A DNA stretch of 64,000 bases from an uncultured Gammaproteobacteria bacterium (GCA_964633815.1 CAZWHW010000003.1:6518-70517); one strand, 5' to 3'. Positions 41,750 to 51,687 are shown, counted from the stretch's first letter. Notes: a model not told the origin generated them from the sequence alone. Program-made: numbers and translations.

Positions 41750-42571
41750 ATGAGTCAGTTTTCTATCGAGAATTTAAAAGTTAAACAGGGTGAGGTTTTG
41801 TCATTAGGTAACCATAATACTGATGAGACTTTTGATTTGACAAAAGATGAGGTTAAAAATGCAACTAAAAAGTTATATAAACGCCTCGCTGAACTTCATG
41901 ATTGTTTATATGCAGAGAAGAAACAAAGTCTGTTGTTAGTACTACAAGCCATGGACGCTGCTGGCAAAGATAGTACGATTGGTAAATTGACTAAAAACAT
42001 ATCCGCGCATGGTGTTAGGACGCAAAGTTTTGGTAAACCTACTAAAGAAGAAATGGCACATGATTTTCTCTGGCGGATTCATAAGGTAGTACCAAAAGCG
42101 GGTGAGATGGTTATTTTTAATCGTTCACACTATGAGGATGTCTTAATTGTGAAAGTGCATGATTGGGTGAGTCAACAAAAGATTGATCAGCGTTACAAAC
42201 GGATTAATCAATTTGAGAGTTTACTTGCTGATAATCAGACAAAAGTTGTGAAAATTATGCTAAATATTTCACCTGAATACCAGTTGGAACGTTTTAAGAA
42301 TCGTTTAGAAGTGCCCGGGAAAAATTGGAAATTTAACCCAGGAGATTTGGTAGAGCGCGCGAAATGGGGTGAATATATGCAAGCTTTTTCTTCAGCTTTA
42401 CAAAATTGTTCTACTTCTGATGCACCTTGGTATGTCATTCCTGCTGAAAACCGTTGGTTTCGTGATTATGCAGTCGCTAAAATTTTGGTTGAAACAATTG
42501 AAGCGATGGCACCAGCTTATCCAGAGCCTGATTATGATGCTGAAAAATTCAAGGTTGATAGTATTTTTTGA
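41750..42571 (+). CDS. ppk2: polyphosphate kinase 2 family protein (single-domain PPK2)
   Basis: 273 aa. The P-loop 'LQAMDAAGKDSTIGKL', together with 'FNRSHYEDVL' and 'APWYVIPAENRWFRDY', is typical of PPK2. Confidence 0.85.
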   Translation: MSQFSIENLKVKQGEVLSLGNHNTDETFDLTKDEVKNATKKLYKRLAELHDCLYAEKKQSLLLVLQAMDAAGKDSTIGKLTKNISAHGVRTQSFGKPTKEEMAHDFLWRIHKVVPKAGEMVIFNRSHYEDVLIVKVHDWVSQQKIDQRYKRINQFESLLADNQTKVVKIMLNISPEYQLERFKNRLEVPGKNWKFNPGDLVERAKWGEYMQAFSSALQNCSTSDAPWYVIPAENRWFRDYAVAKILVETIEAMAPAYPEPDYDAEKFKVDSIF

Positions 42572-42599
42572 TTAACAAAAAACCATAATCTACTGCGCT

Positions 42600-43154
42600 T
42601 TAATTATTGTTTTTTTCATTAAGTTCAGGAAAAAGTTCTCTCTCTTGTAAAAAAGGATGGATTTCTAATGCTTGTTTAATGCTAGCTTTGGCTAGATCAT
42701 GTTTGTTTTTTCTTAGATAAATCACAGCTCTGCCAGCCATTGCCCCAAAATGCCTTGGTTCAAGTTCTAATGTTTTTTCTATATCAACCAATGCTAAATC
42801 AAATTTATTTTGATAGTAATAAGCAATTGCTCGTTGATTCCATGCCTCGGCATAGTTTGGTTCTTTGCTAATGATTTCATTTAGGCTTTCAAGTGCACTT
42901 GTTATGTTAAGTTCCTTTCTAAAATAATAAGCATCATTCATTAGTCCATTTATTTTTTCATTCTTAGGTTTTAACCATATTTGCCAAATTTGATTTTCGT
43001 ATTTTCGAGCTTTTTTTTCATCAGTTTCTGCTTTTAATAATGAGAAAAGCTCGTCTAGATTTAGACTTTTAAGTTGATTATTAGCAATTGATGCAGTGTT
43101 TAAAAACAGTCCGAAAAAAAGAAATATGCAAAATAGATAGGATAGTTTTTTCAT
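42600..43154 (-). CDS. secreted TPR-repeat protein
   Basis: 184 aa with a signal peptide 'MKKLSYLFCIFLFFGLFLNTASIA'. TPR units include 'AEAWNQRAIAYYYQNKFDLALVDIEKTLELEPRH'. Confidence 0.65.
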   Translation of the reverse strand: MKKLSYLFCIFLFFGLFLNTASIANNQLKSLNLDELFSLLKAETDEKKARKYENQIWQIWLKPKNEKINGLMNDAYYFRKELNITSALESLNEIISKEPNYAEAWNQRAIAYYYQNKFDLALVDIEKTLELEPRHFGAMAGRAVIYLRKNKHDLAKASIKQALEIHPFLQERELFPELNEKNNN

Positions 43155-43396
43155 GCTGATTGTTTATTAGTTTAATTCGTTACTATACAGACCTTCTTTT
43201 TCATAGAAAAATCTCATTTTTTATGAAATTAATTGTGTATAAATAAAGTTTTGAAACTAATTAGATAACGATACTCTTTTGGATAAAGATTTTTAATAAG
43301 TACGCCGTTAATGATAGACGTTTCATGCTTATATTCTGATGTTAGGCAAATGAAAATTACCTAATAAGATAGATTAAAAGTATGATATTAGTTGGA

Positions 43397-45352
43397 CTAA
43401 AAACTGACTGCTTCAAGCTGAATCAAGTTTTGTTTGGCTATTGCATCACCACCTATGGCTGCGAGACGATACCATTTAATAGCTTCGTCTTGGCTTTGTT
43501 CAACGCCTTTACCAAAGAAATACATATTGCCCAAATTAGTTTGTGCGCCAGGGTAATTTTGAGCTGCAGCTTTGCGGTACCAATTAAGTGCCTCATCATA
43601 ACTTTGGGTGACTATAATGCCGTCTTCATACAAAGATCCAAGATCAGACTGAGCCCATGATTGACTCTGTTGTGCACGCTTAATTAAGTCAGGTAATGCA
43701 GTGCGTAAATATTGTGAGCCTAATGCTTGGTCTTGGGCTACACCCCGACCAAACTGGTACATATAGCCAATACGAATTTGTGCGCGTGTAATATTTTTAT
43801 CAGCCAATGGGGCTAAATTTGAAAAAGCCGTGATGTATTCTCCGTTGTAGTAGGCTTGTAAACCAGTGGTTAGTTGATTCTGATCTTGGTTGATATCTAC
43901 GGCAGCAGGTACATTCGGAGGGTTTGCAACCGCAGTGCTACTTGGGTTGTCCTGAGTTGGAATATTTTGTGCATTATTTGGAGCAGGTGGAACAGGTGGA
44001 GCAGGTGGAGCAGGTGGAGCAGGTGGAGCAGGATTTAGTGCGTCCGTTACAGGTGCGACCGCTCTTAATGAATCTCTTTCTCGTTGTGCAATGGTCGTAT
44101 CATTTGAAGAAATACTGAGGTCTGTGATTGGAGCCGGAGAATTGTTTTTATTTGATTGAATAGGTGAAGTTTGAGATTCAGGATTTATGTTATTTTGATT
44201 TGATGTTGCCTCAGAATTGTTCGGAAACGGTGCGAATACAGTAGTTTCGTTTTGATCAGCATTAGAATTATTCTCAGCAACATTTTCCTCAGAGGTCAAC
44301 TCTGGTTTGTTTTTCGCTTCGTCAAGACGTTTATTTAAAAAAGTAGTTAGTACAGAATCTTCACTTGCTAAACTTAAATTTTCAATTGTAGCTTCAGCCT
44401 TATCCCACTGACGGTCATTAATTTGCTGTTCAGCAAGATCAGCATAATTTTGACGAATTGTTTCAAGACCCTGACGAGCTTTGCTGTTTTTTTGATCAAG
44501 TTTTAAAATTTCTTGATAAAAGAAAGTAGCATTCCTTTTGTTTGGTTTGACTAAGTTATTTTTTTTAGCAGCTTGATCAGCTTGTTTGAATAGCACTGTT
44601 ATTTTCTGATTGATAACTTGCTGTTTTTGTTTTACTTCATAAGCACTAATCGCTTCAGTTAAATCAAAATATTCTACTGACTCAATATCAATTGTAGCCA
44701 ATGATTCTTGAGCTTTTTTTGCGGTGGTTACGTCATTTGCAATAAGCATTTCATTGCCAACAGTTAGTAAACGATTGAGCATATAATTAATACCATCCGT
44801 TGCAGCGATATTATTGCTGTCTAAAGCCAACATTTCCTGATAATAAATTAAAGCGTTATCATTAATGGGACTGGTAAAGTCACCTTTAACGATTGAAGCT
44901 TCAGCTTTTGTTTTTAATTCTAGTAGTTTTTTTTGGAGCAATTCTGTTTGACGATAATCGGCTGCTCGATTGCGATCATCTGAGAGTGTAAACGAATTTT
45001 CGCCATTACCATTGGGCGTCTCTTCTGCAATTTTCTCTATGTTCTGGTTATATAAATCGTTTGCTGGTATTGTTGATTGATTTTGAGTGATTTTTGGTAT
45101 TTTATTGGTAAATTCGGGTATAACAAATATAAGACCTGAGAATAAAACTAAACAAGCAGCAATTATCCATCCAGCATAGTTACGTTTAGGAACTTGGCGA
45201 CTAACTCCATCTAAGTTGCCACCAATGACCCGAGATTGACGATGAGAGTCTTTAGTTGGCAAGTCGAGCGAAGAACGTTCAACTCGAATTGGAGTTTTAC
45301 GAATAGAATCTGATAAAGACTGCTCTATTTCATTGCGACTAGGTCTGTTCAT
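43397..45352 (-). CDS. membrane-anchored Sel1-repeat protein with an Asn/Ser/Gln-rich linker and a Pro-Ala-Pro repeat
   Basis: 651 aa with a single TM 'AGWIIAACLVLFSGLIFVI' and a helical repeat region. A low-complexity segment ends in 'PAPPAPPAPPAPPVPPAP'. The C-terminal Sel1 units include 'LGSLYEDGIIVTQSYDEALNWYRKAA' and 'LGNMYFFGKGVEQSQDEAIKWYRLAA'. Confidence 0.7.
   Translation of the reverse strand: MNRPSRNEIEQSLSDSIRKTPIRVERSSLDLPTKDSHRQSRVIGGNLDGVSRQVPKRNYAGWIIAACLVLFSGLIFVIPEFTNKIPKITQNQSTIPANDLYNQNIEKIAEETPNGNGENSFTLSDDRNRAADYRQTELLQKKLLELKTKAEASIVKGDFTSPINDNALIYYQEMLALDSNNIAATDGINYMLNRLLTVGNEMLIANDVTTAKKAQESLATIDIESVEYFDLTEAISAYEVKQKQQVINQKITVLFKQADQAAKKNNLVKPNKRNATFFYQEILKLDQKNSKARQGLETIRQNYADLAEQQINDRQWDKAEATIENLSLASEDSVLTTFLNKRLDEAKNKPELTSEENVAENNSNADQNETTVFAPFPNNSEATSNQNNINPESQTSPIQSNKNNSPAPITDLSISSNDTTIAQRERDSLRAVAPVTDALNPAPPAPPAPPAPPVPPAPNNAQNIPTQDNPSSTAVANPPNVPAAVDINQDQNQLTTGLQAYYNGEYITAFSNLAPLADKNITRAQIRIGYMYQFGRGVAQDQALGSQYLRTALPDLIKRAQQSQSWAQSDLGSLYEDGIIVTQSYDEALNWYRKAAAQNYPGAQTNLGNMYFFGKGVEQSQDEAIKWYRLAAIGGDAIAKQNLIQLEAVSF
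43980..44033. repeat. in-frame 9-bp tandem repeat (6 units) encoding the Pro-Ala-Pro tract
   Basis: Units GGAGCAGGT / GGAACAGGT / GGAGCAGGT x3 / GGAGCAGGA. Four units are identical and two differ by one base. Confidence 0.9.
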
Positions 45353-45390
45353 ATCTATTTAAAATATTCGATTCAAGCAAGTAATATATC

Positions 45391-46407
45391 CTATGCTAAA
45401 GATCCACTGCAACTGCTGCCAGAGCCAGCCGTACAACCAAAACAATGCCTATCTACTGCTATAGGGGAATTTTCACTTTTACTGTGATTAATATCCCAGA
45501 TAAACCGTGTTTTTCTATTTGACATCGGCATGTCTAACATTTGATTAAAATCACAGTCATATACTTGGCCTAACCAATCTATATTGTATAAATGCCTGCA
45601 CATTAAACCTTCAATTGTTGCAGCATTAAAATTGCTAACAAGGAGTTCTTGATATTCCTCGAGCTTCCCGTCACGTCTTAAGCTGTGGGCAAAACGATTA
45701 ATAGGGATGTTAGCAATTGCGATTAGATTGCTAAATTTAATATCAAAGTTTTCTTGCAGCATTGCACGATATTCTTTTTCTAAGCCCATTTGTTCTGGAG
45801 GAAGAAAAGCACCCCCAGGGTTATAAACCAAGTCCAATGATAACTCTGGTTTAATGCCATAGCCTAGAGAATTAAGCCATTGTAAACCAGAGATACTTTT
45901 ATCAAATACCCCTTTACCGCGTTGAGCATCAACATTGTCTTCTGTATAACAGGGTAAGGAGCATACCAAGCGAATGTTTCGCTCTGCATACCATTGAGCT
46001 AAATCTTCTTGTCCATTTTCATAGAGCACGGTGATATTACAACGTGAAGTGATTTGGATGCCTTTGTTAATGAGTTCATCACAGAATTGGCGAAAATGTG
46101 GATTTAATTCTGGGGCACCACCAGTTAAATCGGCTTTTTTGATTTGGGTTGAATCTAGCCAGTTCAGAATCTTCTGCATGGTCTCCCAAGTCATATTTTC
46201 AGTGCGATTTGGACCTGCATCGACATGACAATGGTGACAGGCTAGATTGCATAGCTTGCCAAGATTGATTTGAATCTCAGAAGTTTCAGCACGTTTTAAC
46301 TGGATGCCATTCTCAGCAAGTAATTTAGAAAATTCTGGCCCACAATCAGGCACTTGATAGCTGGATTTTACGGCAATACTTTCTAATTTTTTGAGCGCTG
46401 TATTCAT
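45391..46407 (-). CDS. radical SAM / Cys-rich domain protein, ArsS-like
   Basis: 338 aa. It has the radical SAM 'CNLACHHCH', 'LTGGAPELNP', 'DWLGQVYDCDFNQML' and the C-terminal Cys-rich tail 'CFGCTAGSGSSCSGSL'. These are characteristic of the family now named for arsenosugar synthase ArsS. Confidence 0.75.
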   Translation of the reverse strand: MNTALKKLESIAVKSSYQVPDCGPEFSKLLAENGIQLKRAETSEIQINLGKLCNLACHHCHVDAGPNRTENMTWETMQKILNWLDSTQIKKADLTGGAPELNPHFRQFCDELINKGIQITSRCNITVLYENGQEDLAQWYAERNIRLVCSLPCYTEDNVDAQRGKGVFDKSISGLQWLNSLGYGIKPELSLDLVYNPGGAFLPPEQMGLEKEYRAMLQENFDIKFSNLIAIANIPINRFAHSLRRDGKLEEYQELLVSNFNAATIEGLMCRHLYNIDWLGQVYDCDFNQMLDMPMSNRKTRFIWDINHSKSENSPIAVDRHCFGCTAGSGSSCSGSLA

Positions 46408-46645
46408 ATTGATTATTCTAAGTTTGAACCTTTATGTGATGTTCTTTTATCTGTTGATTCTAACGAAATTGGCTATGTTTGTCTTGTTTGCATAGACCTT
46501 TCATGCTTTATAAATATTTCCTTACATACAAAGAAAAATAATCTATTAATTAATTATTTAAAAGTTCTAATTCTAATAAGCGTAATTTGTTGCGATTGGA
46601 GAAGGCTTTTCAGAAGAATGACTGTTAGTTTTTCAAAAAACAGGC

Positions 46646-47278
46646 TTAAAATACTTTTTGTTTGTATTCGCATAAATCACTGATAATACATTGACTGCAT
46701 TTTGGCTTGCGGGCTGTACAAACATAACGTCCATGTAAAATTAGCCAATGGTGGGCGTCTACAATGAATTCTTTTGGGATGACGCGTAATAAGCGTTTTT
46801 CGACTTCTAAGACATTTTTCCCAGAGGCTATTTTTGTGCGATTGGATATGCGAAAGATGTGTGTATCAACTGCCATGGTTGGTTGGCCAAAGAAGGTATT
46901 TAATACGACATTAGCAGTTTTTCTGCCAACGCCAGGCAGAGCTTCTAAGGCTTCGCGGTTGTTGGGAACTTCACTATTATGTAAGTCGATAAGCATCTTG
47001 CAAGTAGCGATTACATTTTTAGCTTTGCTGTTGTATAAGCCAATGGTTTTGATGTATTCACTTAACCCTGCCACGCCCAAAGCATAAATTGCTTCTGGAG
47101 TGTTTGCGATAGGATAGAGTTTGTCCGTAGCTTTGTTGACGCCGACATCGGTGGCTTGCGCAGACAAAATGACAGCAATGAGTAGTTCAAATGCATTGTC
47201 ATATTTCAGTTCTGTGGTTGGATTTGGATTGGCTTCTCGCCATCGACTGAAAATTTCGGTGCGAATATCTTTATTCAT
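46646..47278 (-). CDS. nth: endonuclease III
   Basis: 210 aa with the HhH-GPD 'LPGVGRKTANVVL' and the [4Fe-4S] motif 'CTARKPKCSQCIISDLC'. Confidence 0.93.
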   Translation of the reverse strand: MNKDIRTEIFSRWREANPNPTTELKYDNAFELLIAVILSAQATDVGVNKATDKLYPIANTPEAIYALGVAGLSEYIKTIGLYNSKAKNVIATCKMLIDLHNSEVPNNREALEALPGVGRKTANVVLNTFFGQPTMAVDTHIFRISNRTKIASGKNVLEVEKRLLRVIPKEFIVDAHHWLILHGRYVCTARKPKCSQCIISDLCEYKQKVF

Positions 47279-47295
47279 ATGCCCTTGTTTATGCT

Positions 47296-47937
47296 TTAAC
47301 CATCAGATGTTTTTTTGGCATTAGCGCGTTTCACCGCAGCGAGAATGTCGAGCTTTAAATCATCAGGGCTAGATTTACGCATAGCTTTAAGTTTTTTATT
47401 GGCAACAATGGCTTTTTCTCTAGCTTCTTCACGCTCTAACTTAGCTTGTGTTTGTTCTCGAGCTTTTTGCGTTTGTTCGGGGCTGTATTCAGACCAACGC
47501 CAATGCAGTTTAGCCTGCATTGAGTCAACTGCTTGCATCTCGATGCAATCAACGGGACACGGATCAATACACAGACCACAACCAGTGCAATCGTCAGCTT
47601 TGACCGTATGAATATGTTTGGCTGAACCGATAATCGCATCGGTTGGGCAGGGTTTGATGCACATCACACAGCCGATACATCGCTCTTCATCAATCATCGC
47701 CACTTCGCGTGGTTTGGTTTCACCATATTTTGGGTTCAATGGTTTGCCCATTTTGCCGAGCAGTGCAGCTAAGCCGCGAATAGTGGTGTCACCACCCGGT
47801 GGGCATTGATTTATGTCGGCTTCGCCATTCGCAATGGCTTCGGCATAATCTAAACAGCGAGGGTAACTACATTGAGTGCACTGAGTTTGTGGCAGCCATT
47901 CATCAATGGATTTGATTTTTGCTTCAAGCTCAGACAT
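47296..47937 (-). CDS. RnfB/RsxB-like soluble iron-sulfur ferredoxin
   Basis: 213 aa. N-terminal Cys cluster '[13 protein letters not shown]...NQCPPGG', two 4Fe-4S motifs '[12 protein letters not shown]' and '[12 protein letters not shown]', and a Lys/Ala-rich tail. It has no N-terminal membrane anchor, and no rnfACDGE genes are nearby. Confidence 0.7.
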   Translation of the reverse strand: MSELEAKIKSIDEWLPQTQCTQCSYPRCLDYAEAIANGEADINQCPPGGDTTIRGLAALLGKMGKPLNPKYGETKPREVAMIDEERCIGCVMCIKPCPTDAIIGSAKHIHTVKADDCTGCGLCIDPCPVDCIEMQAVDSMQAKLHWRWSEYSPEQTQKAREQTQAKLEREEAREKAIVANKKLKAMRKSSPDDLKLDILAAVKRANAKKTSDG

Positions 47938-47951
47938 CGCTGTATGTTTTA

Positions 47952-50033
47952 TTATTTAACCTTGTGTCCCGGTTGTGCACCATCATGTGGTTCCAGAATA
48001 AACAAGTCTTTCCCACCTGGGCCAGCAGCTAGAACCATGCCTTCAGATAAACCAAAGCGCATTTTTCTTGGCGCTAGATTCGCGACCATGACCGTATGTT
48101 TGCCAATCAAGTCTTCTGGCGCATAGGCCGATTTGATGCCAGCAAAGACATTGCGTGTTTCGCCGCCTATATCGAGTGTCAGTTGCAATAATTTATCCGC
48201 ACCTTCCACATGTTCTGCATTAGTAATTTTGGCGATTCTTAAGTCAATTTTAGCAAAATCATCGAAATTGATAGTGTCTGCAATTGGATCATCGGCTAAT
48301 GGTCCAGATACGGGTTTATTTTCTTGTTTTTGGCTTTCTTGGCTGTCTTCAATCATTTTTTCAATCGACTCACTTTCAACGCGGGTCATTAACGGTTTGA
48401 ATTTATTAATTTTGTGGTTTGTTAGTGGTGTGTAAATGTCATCAAAAAGCAAGGCATCGACATTCAAAAATACTTCGGCTTGTTTGCTGAGCTCAGGCAA
48501 TACTGGTTTTAATAGAATGACTAAGGCGCGAAAACAATTAATGCCCATAGTACAAACTGCCTGCACTTGATCAATTTGATCTTCTTCCTTGATCATTTGC
48601 CACGGTTTGTTTTCATCAATGTATTGATTAGCTTTGTCAGCTAAAAACATAATGTCGCGCATTGCCAATGAATATAGCCGGCGTTCATAACGATCAGCAA
48701 TGGGTTCAGCTGCGTCAGTGAATGCTTTATAGAGCGCTGGCTCAGCAAGCTCTGCTGATAATTGACCATCAAAGCGTTTCTTGATGAAGCCAGAGCAGCG
48801 TGAAGCGATGTTCACCACTTTACCAACTAAATCAGAGTTTACTCGTTGGCTAAAATCTTCCAAATTAAGGTCAATATCACTCACTTTATCATTTAGCTTG
48901 GCAGCAAAGTAATAACGTAAATATTCAGGATTTAAGTGTTTTAAATATGTTTTTGCATTGATAAACGTGCCACGTGATTTAGACATTTTAGCGCCATTCA
49001 CAGTTAAAAAACCATGACAAAAAACCCCGTTCGGTTTCCGTAAGCCAGCGCCTTCGAGTACGGCTGGCCAAAACAGAGTATGGAAATAGGCGATGTCTTT
49101 ACCAATAAAGTGATATAGCTCGGTGTTGTTGTCTTTTTGCCATACGGCATTAAACGCCTCTTCGACATTATCTTTGTGTTCGCTATGGTTTGATAACCAA
49201 TGCTTGTGCGATGCCATATAGCCAATTGGGGCATCGAGCCAAACATAAAAATACTTGTCTTTAGCACCAGGAATTTGAAAGCCCCAATAAGGCGCATCAC
49301 GGCTGATATCCCAATCTTGTAAACCTGTATCAAACCATTCTTGTAGTTTATTAAAAATCTCAGGTTGAGTACTGCCGTATTCAGGTCTAACGCTACCATC
49401 TTTCATCCAATTTCTTAAATATTCTTCAAAAAAGCCCAGTTTAAAAAAGAAGTGTTCAGAATCACGTTCTACTGGCGGTTTGCCAGATAAAACAGAGACT
49501 GGGTTGATTAAATCAGTTGGATCATAGGTGCTGCCACAGACTTCGCAATTATCACCATATTGATCTTCAGCCTTACATTTTGGGCAAGTGCCTTTGACAA
49601 AACGGTCAGGTAAGAACATGCCTTCTTGTTCGTCATAAGCTTGTTTGATCGTTTTGGTGACAATGTAATCATTGTCTTGAAGCTTGGTATATATCTCTTG
49701 GCACAAAGCCTCGTTTTCAGGTGAATGCGTGCTGTAATATTGATCAAAATCGACATGAAAACCAGCAAAGTCAGCTTGATGGTCTTTATTGACGCGATCG
49801 ATCAATTCTTGCGGTGTAATGCCTTCACGTTTGGCGCGCAACATGATGGGCGTGCCATGCGCATCATCGGCGCAAAAGTAGTGGCAATCATGACCACGCA
49901 TTTTCTGGAAACGCACCCAAATATCGGTTTGAATGTATTCAACCAGATGACCCAAATGAATATCCCCATTGGCATAAGGCAGGGCGCTGGTGACTAAGAT
50001 TTGGCGTTGTTCTTGTGTGTTTTGTGCTGGCAT
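47952..50033 (-). CDS. metG: methionine--tRNA ligase
   Basis: Colinear with E. coli MetG: '[13 protein letters not shown]', the Zn knuckle '[20 protein letters not shown]', 'KMSKSRG' and the C-terminal EMAP/Trbp111-like domain. I prefer the ATG at 50033; the track ORF uses TTG at 50051. Confidence 0.93.
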   Translation of the reverse strand: MPAQNTQEQRQILVTSALPYANGDIHLGHLVEYIQTDIWVRFQKMRGHDCHYFCADDAHGTPIMLRAKREGITPQELIDRVNKDHQADFAGFHVDFDQYYSTHSPENEALCQEIYTKLQDNDYIVTKTIKQAYDEQEGMFLPDRFVKGTCPKCKAEDQYGDNCEVCGSTYDPTDLINPVSVLSGKPPVERDSEHFFFKLGFFEEYLRNWMKDGSVRPEYGSTQPEIFNKLQEWFDTGLQDWDISRDAPYWGFQIPGAKDKYFYVWLDAPIGYMASHKHWLSNHSEHKDNVEEAFNAVWQKDNNTELYHFIGKDIAYFHTLFWPAVLEGAGLRKPNGVFCHGFLTVNGAKMSKSRGTFINAKTYLKHLNPEYLRYYFAAKLNDKVSDIDLNLEDFSQRVNSDLVGKVVNIASRCSGFIKKRFDGQLSAELAEPALYKAFTDAAEPIADRYERRLYSLAMRDIMFLADKANQYIDENKPWQMIKEEDQIDQVQAVCTMGINCFRALVILLKPVLPELSKQAEVFLNVDALLFDDIYTPLTNHKINKFKPLMTRVESESIEKMIEDSQESQKQENKPVSGPLADDPIADTINFDDFAKIDLRIAKITNAEHVEGADKLLQLTLDIGGETRNVFAGIKSAYAPEDLIGKHTVMVANLAPRKMRFGLSEGMVLAAGPGGKDLFILEPHDGAQPGHKVK

Positions 50034-50194
50034 GTGGATAGTGTAAACCAAGTTTTGTGCGCATGCTGAATAATACTTAAAAGCTTATCATTATGCGCGT
50101 TTTTTACAGGGCGTAAATTACCAGTTTTCTTAGTCAATGACCATGTTTGTAAACACAATATTTGCGTAATGATCAAGCTTAGAATAATGTTATT

Positions 50195-50232
50195 AAAAAG
50201 GGCTCTGTATCCTTATGATTCAGAGCCTTTTT
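50195..50232 (-). terminator. rho-independent terminator downstream of the FadL-family gene
   Basis: The minus strand reads aaaaaGGCTCTG-13 nt-CAGAGCCcttttt. It lies 19 nt after the stop at 50251 and upstream of the metG promoter region. Confidence 0.65.
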
Positions 50233-50250
50233 AGTGTCATTTTAGAATGA

Positions 50251-51540
50251 CTAAAATCGTTTTGTTAATGCAAAGCCTAAAATATGCACTTCTGGATCTG
50301 ATACACCAGTGAACGGCAATCCAGTAAAAGCAACATGCCCAGGAACAACGTTGATTTCGGCTTCTTCCGTTAGCGTGACATAGTTATAAGCAAAATCAAA
50401 TGATAGTCCATTTTTAAATTGTTTAGTGAAGCCAAGTGAGATCCATAAACGGTCATTATCGGGTAGCTGTGTTGATCGTGTTGTGTCTGTCACAGTTGCT
50501 TCGTCCAGACCAATACCCGCACGTAACATCAATGTTTTAGAATATTGATATTCGCCACCAATAGTGTAGAAGTTAGTGTCAACATATTCGAGTGGTATTG
50601 CGACTGGTTGACCTAGAACAGTTGCAATACTACCAGTGGCATTGCTTATGACGGGTAAAGTGTCGACTGAAGACCAATTGGTTCGTTCAAAAGTCACACC
50701 AAGTGTGAATTTTTCCGACAGTTGTTGCTTCCAGCCTAAAGTTAAGACCCATGGGAGTTCAATATCAAGATTGATATCAGAATTCACACCGAAATCGTCA
50801 ATAGTTAAACTGCCTGTGAGATTGTGATCAACAGCAGAACGAAAACCGGCGCCAAGCGAGCTATTACCAAATTTATAAGTAGCACCAAGTGTGAAACCTA
50901 TACCAAAATCATCACCTTCAAGACCTAACACTGGATCGCTGGCTGAAAAAACACCTGCACTTGCTCCTACGGGTAAGGCGCGAGTGACTTCAACATCAAA
51001 GTATTGGAATTGTATGCCTGCTGCTAGAACTAAATTCTTAACTGGTTCATAGGTGATAGTTGGGCTTATGTTGATCGAGGCTAATTCAGCATCTAAGCTG
51101 ATAAATTGACTGCGTGAGCCTCTGTCTGCATTGGTTTCAGAGCCATAAGGCGCGTTAATGGATACACCCCATGCCCATTTGTCATTAAGACGATTAGCAT
51201 AATAAAAATTAGGAATTACACCAGTACCACCAACATCGCCAGTTTCTTCTAGATCTTGAAAAAGAAAAGGAGTCGAGCCAGTTGATTGAATATCAGATTG
51301 CACATCAGCAATGCTTAAAGCACCTTGAATTTCTGATTTTTCAACGTGGCCAAAGATAGCTGGGTTCGCAAAAGCGCCAGAGAGGTTGCCACCTGCAGCA
51401 ATACCTGCAAATGTTGACCCTTGGCCATGGACACTTTGTGAACGCAAAGCAAAGCCAGCCGCGTTTACAACTGTTGAAATAAGGATAGATGCTGTGGTGA
51501 GTGAGCTATAAATTAGCTTTTTTTGTAGATTTGTTTTCAT
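50251..51540 (-). CDS. outer-membrane transport protein, OMPP1/FadL/TodX family
   Basis: 429 aa with a signal peptide. After cleavage, 'AGFALRSQSVHGQGSTFAGIAAGG' matches the family N-terminus. It has an amphipathic beta-strand pattern and a C-terminal F. Confidence 0.8.
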   Translation of the reverse strand: MKTNLQKKLIYSSLTTASILISTVVNAAGFALRSQSVHGQGSTFAGIAAGGNLSGAFANPAIFGHVEKSEIQGALSIADVQSDIQSTGSTPFLFQDLEETGDVGGTGVIPNFYYANRLNDKWAWGVSINAPYGSETNADRGSRSQFISLDAELASINISPTITYEPVKNLVLAAGIQFQYFDVEVTRALPVGASAGVFSASDPVLGLEGDDFGIGFTLGATYKFGNSSLGAGFRSAVDHNLTGSLTIDDFGVNSDINLDIELPWVLTLGWKQQLSEKFTLGVTFERTNWSSVDTLPVISNATGSIATVLGQPVAIPLEYVDTNFYTIGGEYQYSKTLMLRAGIGLDEATVTDTTRSTQLPDNDRLWISLGFTKQFKNGLSFDFAYNYVTLTEEAEINVVPGHVAFTGLPFTGVSDPEVHILGFALTKRF

Positions 51541-51687
51541 GGGATATCCTCTTATGTTGTACGGCGTATGTTGTATGTTGTATTTTTATTGCTTTTCTTC
51601 ATTCAGAATGCCATTAAAAGTCTTTATATGTCAAATAGTTAATGTTGGCTTTAATGTTTAATTGCAATTTAATGGTGAGATGTTTGT

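Noticed and set aside
43924-44118. Plus-strand ORF with an (EQV)n repeat.
   Set aside because: It is the antisense reading of the 9-bp Pro-Ala-Pro repeat within the Sel1 protein gene.
46439-46495. 18-codon hydrophobic mini-ORF (MFFYLLILTKLAMFVLFA) in the ArsS-nth intergenic region.
   Set aside because: It has no Shine-Dalgarno and is on the opposite strand to both neighbours. A short hydrophobic ORF is expected by chance in T-rich sequence.
49004-49399. 131-aa same-strand alternate-frame ORF inside metG.
   Set aside because: The metG frame is colinear with E. coli MetG across this whole region. The alternate frame has no recognisable features.
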